64,000 bases of DNA, taken from sequence record MZ475892.1; one strand, given 5' to 3'. The notes below the pieces were generated by a model that saw only the letters and a list, made by a program, of their open reading frames with translations, did not search any database and was not told where the DNA came from. The first letter of the stretch is position 1. Each line of letters starts with the position of its first letter. This document shows positions 44,933 through 54,576 of the stretch, piece after piece. The translations under genes were made by a program, and so were the position numbers.

Positions 44933-45493
44933 ATGAAAAACTACGGTTACTTCTTTATCCTGAATCACATCGCACTCGCCGTAGATAGCGCCAGCAAGGA
45001 AGCTGGCTTTAAAGATTTGGTTGAGCTGGACATGTTCAACCGCGCTTCTGTTTTAGTTGTAGCTGACGCCGAGCCAAGGGGACGTCAGATTGCAAACGAT
45101 TTGACCGCCGCACTTTATCCACGAGCGGCTGATTGTGTGCCAACAGTTGAGCAACGCATGATGTTAGTGCAAGCTCTGCATGATGCCGAAATCGAAAAGA
45201 TTCTTGGCAACATCCGCTTCTTCGTACCGCACGCTCACACGCGAGAAGATTTGATTTCGCGTTTCGGCTTTTACGTGGAGAACGATCAGCCTGCGCTGTT
45301 TATGCCGTACTACATGCGAAAGCATATTCTTAGTGATACCGCTGTGTTCTGCGAGGGGCGTCTGACTTCATTCAGAGACGCTTGCTCTAACGGAACTGTC
45401 ACTGAGAACATCCGCGACTACGGCCTATTGACTGCGCAAGCGTACGGAAAAGACAACGTGCCTGAAATGTATCAGGACCTGCCTTTGTTTTAA
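44933..45493 (+). CDS. hypothetical protein
   Basis: 186-aa ORF, AAGGA SD. Confidence 0.75.
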   Translation: MKNYGYFFILNHIALAVDSASKEAGFKDLVELDMFNRASVLVVADAEPRGRQIANDLTAALYPRAADCVPTVEQRMMLVQALHDAEIEKILGNIRFFVPHAHTREDLISRFGFYVENDQPALFMPYYMRKHILSDTAVFCEGRLTSFRDACSNGTVTENIRDYGLLTAQAYGKDNVPEMYQDLPLF

Positions 45494-45504
45494 GGAGACA
45501 CCTC

Positions 45505-45972
45505 ATGGGTGTAGTTAACGGTATCAGTTCAACTAAGTTCCCGCGTCGAGGGCGGGACGAAGGTCTGACAGTCATTCTTCGTCGTCGCTGGGGATTGTAC
45601 CCAGCTACTATCGTTCGTCAAGACCATGGCGAACCCAACAACACGATTCATCGCATCGAGGCTAAAGCGCTACCCAAGCGCTTCTTTGATGGCAGTCATG
45701 AACTCTATGTTGCTGAGTATTATCAAACGAACTTCCCTAAAGACACTCCCATCTGCGCTGCTGGTGAAGTTGAAGGTCTGTTCGTTGAGATTGTATTCGA
45801 CCATGACGTTCGCAACAAATGCGAAGGCATCTGTGTGACTGATCGCGGTATGCAGAAAATCTTTTTGATCACGACAGGTCAACACGAAGGTCGTTACGTC
45901 ACTGAGGCCGAGTGTGATTACAAAGTCAAACCTAAACTTGTAAAGGATAATAGAGATGACAGTAACATCTGA
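45505..45972 (+). CDS. hypothetical protein
   Basis: 155-aa ORF, AAGGAG SD. Confidence 0.75.
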   Translation: MGVVNGISSTKFPRRGRDEGLTVILRRRWGLYPATIVRQDHGEPNNTIHRIEAKALPKRFFDGSHELYVAEYYQTNFPKDTPICAAGEVEGLFVEIVFDHDVRNKCEGICVTDRGMQKIFLITTGQHEGRYVTEAECDYKVKPKLVKDNRDDSNI

Positions 45973-46261
45973 ACACTCAACAACATCTAGCTGCAAGCGT
46001 GCGACTACCGGTCTGGGTCGTTTGACTAGCGGTGACCAGTTCTTCCTGTCGCTGGCCATCACTGGTTCTAAGACAGGAGAAGATGCGGGCTTCATTGATT
46101 CCGTTCGTGATCTGCACAAGCACATCGCTGCGTTTGCAGCAAAGCATGAGGTTACGCAAGTGACCGCGTTTCTTGGACATAACGTTATGTCCGACGCCGA
46201 GTACACGTTAGAGTTCAACGTGTCTCAAGTATTCACACTCAAAAAAGAAAGGACGTATTAA
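45956..46261 (+). CDS. hypothetical protein
   Basis: 101-aa ORF. Confidence 0.7.
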   Translation: MTVTSEHSTTSSCKRATTGLGRLTSGDQFFLSLAITGSKTGEDAGFIDSVRDLHKHIAAFAAKHEVTQVTAFLGHNVMSDAEYTLEFNVSQVFTLKKERTY

Positions 46262-46806
46262 TGGAATTTCAAATTAAGCCAGACTTGCAGACCTACCCAA
46301 ATTTCATTCTGCCTAAGCGTGGCTCTGCTCAGGCGGCGGGCCTCGATCTGTTCGCGCAGGAAGATATGATCTTCACTGAAACTACTGAGCTGTTTAATCT
46401 TGGCTTCCGCGCTGCTGTACCTGAAGGCTACGTTGCCTTAATCGTACCGCGCTCTGGCTTGGGTGCTAAGTTCAACATGCAACTGTCAAACACGATGGGC
46501 GTTATTGATAGTGACTATCGTGGTGATTGGATGGCAGCGTTCCATCTGGGCGGTAAAGGCACGCAAGCTGATACACTGCCGCCATATGGTCAGTATCAGA
46601 AAGAGTTCTATCATCACGGCAGTGAGTTGTGGGAAAAAGCGAATCAAAACGAAGCGCCTATGCTTCTAGTTCCTAAAGGTGATGCGTTTGCGCAGGTGCT
46701 GTTCTTTGAAGTACCGTTGATGCAAGTGACTCTGGTCGACGAGCTGCCTGAAACAGAGCGTGGTGAGGGTGGCTTCGGTTCTACCACGAAGTCGCAAAGT
46801 GCCTGA
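46261..46806 (+). CDS. dut: trimeric dUTPase with insertion between motifs III and IV
   Basis: AAGLDL, PRSGLG, GVIDSDYRG, FAQVLF, RGEGGFGST motifs I-V. Confidence 0.95.
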   Translation: MEFQIKPDLQTYPNFILPKRGSAQAAGLDLFAQEDMIFTETTELFNLGFRAAVPEGYVALIVPRSGLGAKFNMQLSNTMGVIDSDYRGDWMAAFHLGGKGTQADTLPPYGQYQKEFYHHGSELWEKANQNEAPMLLVPKGDAFAQVLFFEVPLMQVTLVDELPETERGEGGFGSTTKSQSA

Positions 46807-47014
46807 TTACCTTATCTTCATCTTGATCGCCTACTACATTGTAGGCTTCATGCAGTTTATGCGTGAAGTGTTCAGTTCTAAACTGAGTGAGAGCGAACGC
46901 TTGGCTGTCATTAAAGAAGATGAGGACACTCCAACGTCCGTAGTTTGGGCGCAGGCATTTAAGCTGATGTTATACGTTCTGTTCATTCACATACCGATGT
47001 GGATATTCAGATAA
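46799..47014 (+). CDS. small membrane protein
   Basis: GTG start, two hydrophobic helices. Confidence 0.6.
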   Translation: MPDYLIFILIAYYIVGFMQFMREVFSSKLSESERLAVIKEDEDTPTSVVWAQAFKLMLYVLFIHIPMWIFR

Positions 47015-47025
47015 CGTCAATCGTT

Positions 47026-47049
47026 AGGTCCTTGCGGGGACCTATTTTA
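47026..47049 (+). terminator. intrinsic terminator
   Basis: AGGTCCT/GGGGACCT stem + ATTTT. Confidence 0.65.
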
Positions 47050-47065
47050 TCGTAATATAAACACT

Positions 47066-47386
47066 ATGAGCAAAAAGAAACCGCAGTACATTCTGCCTCG
47101 TGAGCGTCCTACGCGCTTGCCAAATCTGCGTGCTTATCTGATGCATCTGGCACGCAACCCAAACAAACATCGTGCCGTCCTTGAGGTGCATTGCAATGCA
47201 GCGCTGGCCCAGTTGCGTAAAGATCGTTTATTTCTTGGCAGACTGTTTGCTCATAAGGTGTATACGAAGTCGAGCAAGGTCGCATACACAATAGTATGGA
47301 TTGACCCGTACAACTACGATTGCCTTGTTCTAAATCATATAAAAAGGAGAGTAGAGTTTAAAAACCTTTACGGCCTGATTCTTTGA
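47066..47386 (+). CDS. basic hypothetical protein
   Basis: 106-aa K/R-rich ORF. Confidence 0.65.
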   Translation: MSKKKPQYILPRERPTRLPNLRAYLMHLARNPNKHRAVLEVHCNAALAQLRKDRLFLGRLFAHKVYTKSSKVAYTIVWIDPYNYDCLVLNHIKRRVEFKNLYGLIL

Positions 47387-47419
47387 TTAGGTCCTAGCGC
47401 CTTCACACTAGGAGACAGA

Positions 47420-48100
47420 ATGACTATTCTTATTTCTAACCGCACCGACGAGGTGATTCGCCAACTCAACGTAGCTATCTGGTCAAGCGTTCTATTCGGA
47501 CTCATTGTACTTGCATCAATTCTGGTGCAGCCGAATGCAACAGCCAGCGTCTCTACGGGCCCTGATAATGTTATCGATATGTCCTCAACAACTTCACTCG
47601 ATCCCTCCAATCGTGTGGCAAGAGAATACAAGGAGATTGCAAAGACGCTAGTTGTGCAAGACGAGCGAAGGCCCTCACGTTCTGTTACGAGAGAGCGCCT
47701 CCGACAATTGTACTCGCATCTACCGCACCCCAATGATTTAGGCAGGCAGATTGATTTGGCCGCTGCAAAGTATGCAGTGGACGCAAAGCTGATTCTTTCC
47801 ATTTGCGTTTCCGAGTCGCATCTTCGTGCTAAAGTCAGAAACAAGTCTGGTGCAACAGGCATCTGCCAAGTCATGGCTAAGATGCATGGGCATTCAGCAA
47901 AAGACCTCCTCGATTATCGTATCAACATTGATGCGGCAACGAAGATAATTGCAGATCTTAATAAACAGTGTCGTGGTCGTACTGCTTGTGTTATTCAAGC
48001 GTACAACACAGGCTGGGGAGCATATTCGAAGGGTGCCCGTGCACCGCAATACTTGGCTAAAGTTAGATCAGAGATGCGCAAGCACCCATCATCATCCTAA
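47420..48100 (+). CDS. membrane-anchored lytic transglycosylase (SLT domain)
   Basis: SES catalytic Glu, SGATGICQVM, NI.AA...I, AYNTG motifs; N-terminal TM helix. Confidence 0.85.
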   Translation: MTILISNRTDEVIRQLNVAIWSSVLFGLIVLASILVQPNATASVSTGPDNVIDMSSTTSLDPSNRVAREYKEIAKTLVVQDERRPSRSVTRERLRQLYSHLPHPNDLGRQIDLAAAKYAVDAKLILSICVSESHLRAKVRNKSGATGICQVMAKMHGHSAKDLLDYRINIDAATKIIADLNKQCRGRTACVIQAYNTGWGAYSKGARAPQYLAKVRSEMRKHPSSS

Positions 48101-48113
48101 AGAGGACATAATA

Positions 48114-48767
48114 ATGAGCACCGCCAACATCGCAGACTTGTACAAAATGCAGTTCCAGATTCTCAAACCACTTTCGCCTCGCCAAGAGTACGCACTGATT
48201 GTGCTACATGCTTCCGCGACCGAAGATGACGTTCGTGGTCTGGCCGAAGTTGTTGTTCGTGATTACCCGCACGTTGCGCGTCTGTATGATGCGTTTGCTG
48301 CTGCGACTGAGTACGGTGATAACTCTGTACCGTTCATCATTCCAGTATCAAATAGTGAGCACGTCACCGAAGAGATTTACGCTATCGTTGATCACTCACT
48401 CGTCGTTGCGCCAAGTCTGCGCCAACTTTTGGAGCAAGCCCTTGAGCGTGTTCAATACATGCCAGAGACTGCTGACGAAAGACGTTTCGTAATTGAACGC
48501 GAACCCCTGACTATGGGCTGGTTCATTGATTGTGTCCTTGACGCGTACAACTGTGGTCAACTGCCTATGGCTATTCGTCCATCGAAAGCGCAACAACAAA
48601 TGCGTAACGAAAACCTGCTGTCGTTCAATCAGCTCCGTGATGCTGATATGTTCAGTGGCGAGATCGACTACACGCAAGCCTTACAGCCAAGTATGCAAGC
48701 GCGTCACATTGCAGCTAAGCTGATCGCACGTCTGCAAAACAGCAAGCGTGCCGTAACTGTTAACTAA
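48114..48767 (+). CDS. hypothetical protein
   Basis: 217-aa ORF, GAGG SD. Confidence 0.75.
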   Translation: MSTANIADLYKMQFQILKPLSPRQEYALIVLHASATEDDVRGLAEVVVRDYPHVARLYDAFAAATEYGDNSVPFIIPVSNSEHVTEEIYAIVDHSLVVAPSLRQLLEQALERVQYMPETADERRFVIEREPLTMGWFIDCVLDAYNCGQLPMAIRPSKAQQQMRNENLLSFNQLRDADMFSGEIDYTQALQPSMQARHIAAKLIARLQNSKRAVTVN

Positions 48768-48773
48768 CAACTC

Positions 48774-48805
48774 GGGAGACCTTAACTGGTTTCCCGTTTT
48801 ACTTT
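48774..48805 (+). terminator. intrinsic terminator
   Basis: GGGAGACC/GGTTTCCC stem + GTTTTACTTT. Confidence 0.75.
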
Positions 48806-48831
48806 CTCGCTGAATTTTTAAGGAAATTCCA

Positions 48832-49977
48832 ATGACTAATTCATCTCTGCCTTTCGTTTCTTGGTTCGAACGTGACAACTATTTTGATGACATGCTTGAG
48901 CGCCTCGATCTCAAACGTCTCTGGGGCTATGTTGAAAAGAACAACGTGGTCAACAAGACTAAATACAATCTGCCTAACCTCACTGCCTACCACACTACCG
49001 AGCACATGAAAGAAGTTGCGTGCATCGCGTCCTCCCTACTGCACCGCGAGTCGAACCACGACTGGCAGATTCGTCTGATGGAATATCCGTTAGTCGTCGC
49101 GTGCCTTTTCCACGATATGAATCACAGTCTGGGTAAATATACTGATGACGTGAACATCAACCATGCGCTCGTTGCGTTTAATGACTATCTTAATAGCAAA
49201 GATGAGAATCAGGGCAACGACAAGCTGCTGTTTGAATATCGCGATCAGATCTGTGCGCTGATTCGTTGCACCCAATTCCCGTTCCATGACTCACGCAAGC
49301 CAACTAACCTGATGGAGCGCTGCATTCGTGATGCGGATATTCTATACGGCCTGCAGGATGACGCAATGCCTGCTGTTGTGATTGGTCTACTGGATGAAGT
49401 GAACGTTCGTTTGGCTCCAGAAAGCAAATACTCCACCGCACAGTGGGTGGCAGGTCGCATTGAGTTCCTGTTGTCCTGTGAGATGTTCACCGAAACTGCT
49501 AACAAAATCTTCTGTGATGCTCTCAGCACCAACAGTCCAAACTATCACGGAAATGTGCTGCAATCTTTCCTTGAGATGAAAGTGCGGCTGATCGATGTTC
49601 GTGCAGGTAAGTTACGTGGTGGCGATGTTATCTGGACAGACACAGAGAACGACTCAACCTATCGTCCACGCCAAATCAGAAACATCGGCAACGAAGCGCT
49701 GCCAGACGTTAACGTGTATTTTACTGACGGTCAGGCTTGCGGCTATCGTAGCGGGGAGACCGTTCAGTTGCTGCCTAATACAGAGATGGTAAAGCTCGAA
49801 GACATTGTAGTTGGCGACATTATTCTTGAGCCTGCACAGGGTGAAGTGAAGCGCGATCTACATCGCATCGTAAACATCGCTAACGCCGGCCTGCACGAGA
49901 GCGTGCTTTATCTCGAAAATGGCGGTGTGTTTACGTCAGCGCCCAAAGGCCGTGTCTGTCGTGTAGTCAGCAAATAA
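48832..49977 (+). CDS. HD-superfamily phosphohydrolase with two C-terminal SH3/KOW-like repeats
   Basis: YHTTEH, ACLFHDMNHS, NLMERCIRDADIL; repeats VRAGKLRGGDVI / VKLEDIVVGDII. Confidence 0.8.
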   Translation: MTNSSLPFVSWFERDNYFDDMLERLDLKRLWGYVEKNNVVNKTKYNLPNLTAYHTTEHMKEVACIASSLLHRESNHDWQIRLMEYPLVVACLFHDMNHSLGKYTDDVNINHALVAFNDYLNSKDENQGNDKLLFEYRDQICALIRCTQFPFHDSRKPTNLMERCIRDADILYGLQDDAMPAVVIGLLDEVNVRLAPESKYSTAQWVAGRIEFLLSCEMFTETANKIFCDALSTNSPNYHGNVLQSFLEMKVRLIDVRAGKLRGGDVIWTDTENDSTYRPRQIRNIGNEALPDVNVYFTDGQACGYRSGETVQLLPNTEMVKLEDIVVGDIILEPAQGEVKRDLHRIVNIANAGLHESVLYLENGGVFTSAPKGRVCRVVSK

Positions 49978-49978
49978 C

Positions 49979-50022
49979 TGGACGAAATAAGGCTACTCTG
50001 CTTAGGCTGCTTATGCTATAAT
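49979..50022 (+). promoter_or_regulatory. early promoter (WGG..AAAT class)
   Basis: TGGACGAAAT; 32 nt to TATAAT; TGC extended -10. Confidence 0.75.
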
Positions 50023-50064
50023 ATGCGTGAGCAGTCATTTATCATATTCTCAAGGGAGAAACGT

Positions 50065-50739
50065 ATGTACAGATCATTCAATCCAGATATGACAGGCAAG
50101 TTTTTCGTAATCGAACACAGCTTTAAAATTCAAAACATCTTTTGGATGGGCTTCAAAACGATTGATGGCAGAGAAATCATTTTGCCTATTCCTGCACGTG
50201 ACGCACAGAGTGGTTATCGTGTTGGCCGAGAAGCGGCCTTCCCTGTAATTCGCTCCAACATTAATACGAACGCTGACCCAGATTCAGACGTCTTGTTCGA
50301 ACATACGGTAGGCATCTTGCATATGCGAGCACGCCGTTTCGAAACTCAGATCATGACGCGCACTGCCGTCTCTTATACTGGCTTGCTGCCTGACCTCCGT
50401 ATGGCAAAAGAGGGCGAGCGCTATGTTACGCCTCTTAATTCGTTTGAAGGTCCTCTTATTCCTGCACTGAGTCGTCGTCTTACTCATTTCTGCGAAGAAA
50501 CGCCGATGCTGCACAGTTCTTTCCTTGAGACGTTCTCTGACGAAGAGTGGTCGAAACTGAAAGCCGCACCTGTATCAATCAATGATTGGCATAGTGTTTC
50601 TAACTCTATTCGTGAGGGTAAGCTAAAGCCTACAGTTAATATCCCAGACTTCTATCTGTCTACCCGTAAAGAAGATACGACAATACCGTCAGACGTTATC
50701 GAATATTACGCCGAAGCTAACGCACGAGGTGACATATAG
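50065..50739 (+). CDS. hypothetical protein
   Basis: 224-aa ORF, GGGAG SD. Confidence 0.75.
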   Translation: MYRSFNPDMTGKFFVIEHSFKIQNIFWMGFKTIDGREIILPIPARDAQSGYRVGREAAFPVIRSNINTNADPDSDVLFEHTVGILHMRARRFETQIMTRTAVSYTGLLPDLRMAKEGERYVTPLNSFEGPLIPALSRRLTHFCEETPMLHSSFLETFSDEEWSKLKAAPVSINDWHSVSNSIREGKLKPTVNIPDFYLSTRKEDTTIPSDVIEYYAEANARGDI

Positions 50740-50972
50740 TGAGCAACGTCATACATCAAACGTCCGAGACTGTCTTCTACGTTCTTGGTGCTGTAACCCT
50801 TCTTGCTCACCTTGTGGGCTTCGTTAAGAATTGGCTCAAGATTCATGAGATGCGCCAGAAGCGCCGCGATAAACTCGCAAAAGCTAAAACTCCGCACGAA
50901 AAGATGCAACGCCGTCTGGGTAAAGCTCGGCGCGATGCTCTGCTTTATAAACCTCGCAAAGTAAGGAATTGA
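50739..50972 (+). CDS. small membrane protein with basic tail
   Basis: GTG start; one TM helix. Confidence 0.65.
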   Translation: MSNVIHQTSETVFYVLGAVTLLAHLVGFVKNWLKIHEMRQKRRDKLAKAKTPHEKMQRRLGKARRDALLYKPRKVRN

Positions 50973-50974
50973 TT

Positions 50975-51277
50975 ATGTCTTCTGATTTACGCCGCAAGCT
51001 CATGGCTGTGCTTGACAAGATGTTTGAGCACAAGTCTGAAAACAATCTCGCAGACGACACGGCCTACTCCGTACCTCGTTCTGAGTTCTCTATGATTGCA
51101 CCTGAGAGTGCTGCTGAGAAATGCGCGGTCATTACAGAGATTCTGCGTGATGGCCACATCATCAATCTGTACGGTCCGTATGCGGTTACTGTTAGTCGTG
51201 ACAGTGAAGGCCAACAGGTGTTTGTGTTCGTCCGCGTCCCAGACTATCAAGACATTGTTGCTGTGGAGAAACTGTGA
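50975..51277 (+). CDS. hypothetical protein
   Basis: 100-aa ORF. Confidence 0.7.
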   Translation: MSSDLRRKLMAVLDKMFEHKSENNLADDTAYSVPRSEFSMIAPESAAEKCAVITEILRDGHIINLYGPYAVTVSRDSEGQQVFVFVRVPDYQDIVAVEKL

Positions 51278-51825
51278 TGGAACAGATCGACATGTTCTAC
51301 CAAGATCAGCCTCAGCAAACAACAACGCGTGCTGAATACTATAACCCGCACATCTCAGAAGAAGATCGTCTTCGCCAGTGGCGCTATGTGCAAGCTGCAT
51401 TCGGTGGCGGGCCTGCAGGTAGTCCTATTCGTGTTGAGAAGATGCCGAAAGACATTACCAACATTCATGAGTTCATCATTGTGCCTAACGAGAAACAGCG
51501 TAAGGAAATGAATGAACTCATGGGAGATCCCCAAGACCCGTCCGACCAGAAGTATCTGACGATGCTGTACACGTACACGACAAAAGTCGGTATGATGGTA
51601 CGCTCGTTCCAAGAGCTGGCTGAACGTGGTGGCCCTATGGGTTGTCTCAACGTGTTCACTACAACGAACATCTATGAGTCTCGCCTGCTTGTGTTCTGGA
51701 ATAAGAACCCTCTCGAAGATCAAGAGGAGTACACACAGTGGCTTGACCACATTCGCGGAAACTTCAACAAGAAGTCCCGACGCTTCTATGAGATTTCCTC
51801 AGAGCGTGAACTTTACTCAGCATAA
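51277..51825 (+). CDS. hypothetical protein
   Basis: 182-aa ORF. Confidence 0.75.
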   Translation: MEQIDMFYQDQPQQTTTRAEYYNPHISEEDRLRQWRYVQAAFGGGPAGSPIRVEKMPKDITNIHEFIIVPNEKQRKEMNELMGDPQDPSDQKYLTMLYTYTTKVGMMVRSFQELAERGGPMGCLNVFTTTNIYESRLLVFWNKNPLEDQEEYTQWLDHIRGNFNKKSRRFYEISSERELYSA

Positions 51826-51862
51826 TTCATTTTGGCCTTGCGGGGCCAATTAGGAGAACATC

Positions 51863-53254
51863 ATGATTTTCGATCTGCGCAAAAGTTTGGCCATGGTTCG
51901 TACCGTAATCGATGACCAAGTAATCTATAACTTCTACAACATGATTGGCCGCGATATGCAACTGCCCGGTACTACTCTCAAAGAGATTATCGACGTGCAG
52001 CGTAAGGGCGAACTGTGCACCAACATCATGTGGGGTACTCAGAAGATGGAGTATCGCACACTCAGATTCGATGAGCGTGGTGATCTTCTCTTAGACGTGA
52101 CCGTTGGTCCGCATTGCTACGCACGGCTCTCTTACGATCAGATTGAACACTATGGGCGCAAAGAGTTTAAGGCTATTAACTGCATCGAGATCGATAGCTA
52201 CCTCGCCCGTGACATTAGAGCGCATCTTCGCGCAGTGGGCCAAACTGAGCCTAAGCTCGAATGGTATGACAACGTGTCGGATGATGAACTGAAGGACGCT
52301 CTACTTTCAGTTGGTCACATGGGACCTCTGGCTTATGAAGGTAAATCTCGTAACCAGTTAGAGGACATGTTTGAGAAATTCCAGCGTAAGCACGATGCAG
52401 AATACAAGTACACGCACGCGCATATTGGCTTAGACCCAGACGAAAAGCTGCCTGCTGATTTGTATGAAGATGAGGCACGCTCAATCACTCGTCGTTCTTT
52501 TGCTCCTCAGAAGACTGTCGATATGATGATCACTGAGATCTCAAACGTGATGCGCATGTTCGATATCTGGGATTCAGCGCCGACATCCGAGACGCATGAG
52601 TGGTCAATGCAGGAGGCGTACATGGCCTTCTATAACAGCTTAGTGATTGATAGCGATGGCAGCCGTCTGCGTGAACTGAAAGATAATCCACAGTTCGCTA
52701 TCAACTTCATCTACGGCATGGCGGCAGACCTGAATTGGATTCACATCAACGAGATGACCGAAGACTATCGTGGCTCGGTTGTGAATCGCATCCTGCAGGA
52801 GATTGCTGTTGAGATCAGCACCTCTGATGATTACTGCACGACGGAGCACGGCATCGCTCTTATTAAGAAAGAAGAAGAGACAGAAGAAGAGGAGGAGGAT
52901 GCTTCTGAGCCCGTCTCCATCGAAAAGAAAAAGAAGAAAGGCTTCCCGGATATTCGCTCAGTAGAAGAGGTGAACTATGACGCACTGCATATCATCGAGA
53001 TTACATACAAACTGCCCAAGCAGCCTAAGCTGCGCACTAAGCTAGACGTACTGCAATCTCGTGAGTGCTATCTTGAGCACTTCTTCGGTTGTTTGAAAGA
53101 AAATGATTGGCATAGATTAGACAATATCACTAATCTTGACCTGCGCCGTATTGTTGGTGCTGTTACTAAATCTAATGGTGGTAGATTCAGCCACAACGCC
53201 CTGTTAAACATAATTAAACGTGCAGCTAAGAAACTGGCTGCCACTGAGTTCTAA
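51863..53254 (+). CDS. hypothetical protein with HeH-like module and acidic/basic linker
   Basis: 463-aa ORF, AGGAG SD; VSDDELKDALLSVG...KSRNQLEDMF. Confidence 0.8.
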   Translation: MIFDLRKSLAMVRTVIDDQVIYNFYNMIGRDMQLPGTTLKEIIDVQRKGELCTNIMWGTQKMEYRTLRFDERGDLLLDVTVGPHCYARLSYDQIEHYGRKEFKAINCIEIDSYLARDIRAHLRAVGQTEPKLEWYDNVSDDELKDALLSVGHMGPLAYEGKSRNQLEDMFEKFQRKHDAEYKYTHAHIGLDPDEKLPADLYEDEARSITRRSFAPQKTVDMMITEISNVMRMFDIWDSAPTSETHEWSMQEAYMAFYNSLVIDSDGSRLRELKDNPQFAINFIYGMAADLNWIHINEMTEDYRGSVVNRILQEIAVEISTSDDYCTTEHGIALIKKEEETEEEEEDASEPVSIEKKKKKGFPDIRSVEEVNYDALHIIEITYKLPKQPKLRTKLDVLQSRECYLEHFFGCLKENDWHRLDNITNLDLRRIVGAVTKSNGGRFSHNALLNIIKRAAKKLAATEF

Positions 53255-53287
53255 CCGCTATTATACCTAACATTGTAGGGAACCAAA

Positions 53288-53710
53288 ATGAATTTCAATC
53301 CAAACATCATTGTTGTTGATCGTGTTGTTGTCATGGCCACCAAAGAGACCACAGACAAGTGGGCTGTTGCTGCAAAGCAAGATCGTGACAACGCACAGTT
53401 CGGTATGGCTTTATTGCACGCGGAGCTTCAACGCAAAATCAGTAGCACGCTGCGTAACGCCAACCCTGAATCGATGTTCCGTCCAGAGATATTCTGGGCG
53501 GACTACGGCCCGCTCTCCGTTAGCGGCTTCATGTATATTGAGAGCAGTGCGGACGAAGAAGTGTTGAATCAGGCAGATGACCGCGATTACCTGTGCCATC
53601 TTGAAGCGATCAAAAACATCGCCGCATCTATGGGACACACCGTTGTTATTCAGCGTGTGAAAGCCCAGTTCCCTATTGTTGATACTCGCGTACCTGTTGC
53701 TTATGCCTAA
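53288..53710 (+). CDS. hypothetical protein
   Basis: 140-aa ORF. Confidence 0.75.
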   Translation: MNFNPNIIVVDRVVVMATKETTDKWAVAAKQDRDNAQFGMALLHAELQRKISSTLRNANPESMFRPEIFWADYGPLSVSGFMYIESSADEEVLNQADDRDYLCHLEAIKNIAASMGHTVVIQRVKAQFPIVDTRVPVAYA

Positions 53711-53720
53711 GAGGTGACCT

Positions 53721-54017
53721 ATGTCTGAACAAACTCAATTGCCTGGCCAAGTCGTTATCGTTTGTGTTATGCAGGAATCTGATTCTTTCATGGGTCAGAA
53801 GTTTGATGGCTATGTGTACTTGCTTAATCCAGAACACAAAGAGATGTTTGAACGTCACCTGCAGGCGCACAAAAGTCGTGAGAACTATTCACACATTATC
53901 AGCCACGCTAATCACTATATAACTAGCACGGGCTTCGATGCGCTTCATGCTGCTATACGCAAAGATGCAAACAGACCCTGGCTGTGGTCAGATACTGATT
54001 ACACGATAACTGCATAA
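53721..54017 (+). CDS. hypothetical protein
   Basis: 98-aa ORF, GAGGTG SD. Confidence 0.75.
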   Translation: MSEQTQLPGQVVIVCVMQESDSFMGQKFDGYVYLLNPEHKEMFERHLQAHKSRENYSHIISHANHYITSTGFDALHAAIRKDANRPWLWSDTDYTITA

Positions 54018-54020
54018 ATC

Positions 54021-54064
54021 TGGACAAAATAGAGGTAGCTAGAAAAAGCTGCCCCTGATATACT
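54021..54064 (+). promoter_or_regulatory. early promoter (WGG..AAAT class)
   Basis: AAATCTGGACAAAAT; 32 nt to TATACT; TGA extended -10. Confidence 0.8.
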
Positions 54065-54098
54065 AAAAGCGTAGCTTGTGCTGCGCTTTTTTACTTTC
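54065..54098 (+). terminator. intrinsic terminator directly after the promoter -10
   Basis: AAAAGCGTAGC/GCTGCGCTTTT + TTACTTT. Confidence 0.65.
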
Positions 54099-54117
54099 TG
54101 TCTGAGGAGACAACAAA

Positions 54118-54573
54118 ATGAAACCAATCAAAGCAACTGAGGCTGATAAAGCGCTTCAAAACGAATGTATGGACGCTGTTGCTCAGTGTATTATCCTGAA
54201 CACACCCGACTGGCGCGATGTAGCGATTGCAGGTTTGCGCCTGTATCTGGTTGCAGCAAAGATGAGCGGCGCGGAAATCCCGTGTATGCAATTCGAACAT
54301 AACGGCAAGCCGTGCCGTTTGTCGTTCAAGATGAACCTTGTTGATGAAGGCGAAGAGTTCACTCCGAACGAAGTGAACCAAGCGCACCAGCAAGAAATGA
54401 TCGAATGCATTCTTGCTAAGACCGAAGCGCTCGGCGGTTACAGTTACTTTGATTTGTTCGTTTGCTCAGGCCGCCTATTTATGATTGGCTTCGACGGTAT
54501 GGCCGACACCGTTCCTGCTCTGATGTTCCGCTCAGACAAAAAGAACTACCGCGTTAACTTGATCAACGGATAA
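54118..54573 (+). CDS. hypothetical protein
   Basis: 151-aa ORF, GAGGAG SD. Confidence 0.75.
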   Translation: MKPIKATEADKALQNECMDAVAQCIILNTPDWRDVAIAGLRLYLVAAKMSGAEIPCMQFEHNGKPCRLSFKMNLVDEGEEFTPNEVNQAHQQEMIECILAKTEALGGYSYFDLFVCSGRLFMIGFDGMADTVPALMFRSDKKNYRVNLING

Positions 54574-54576
54574 GCT

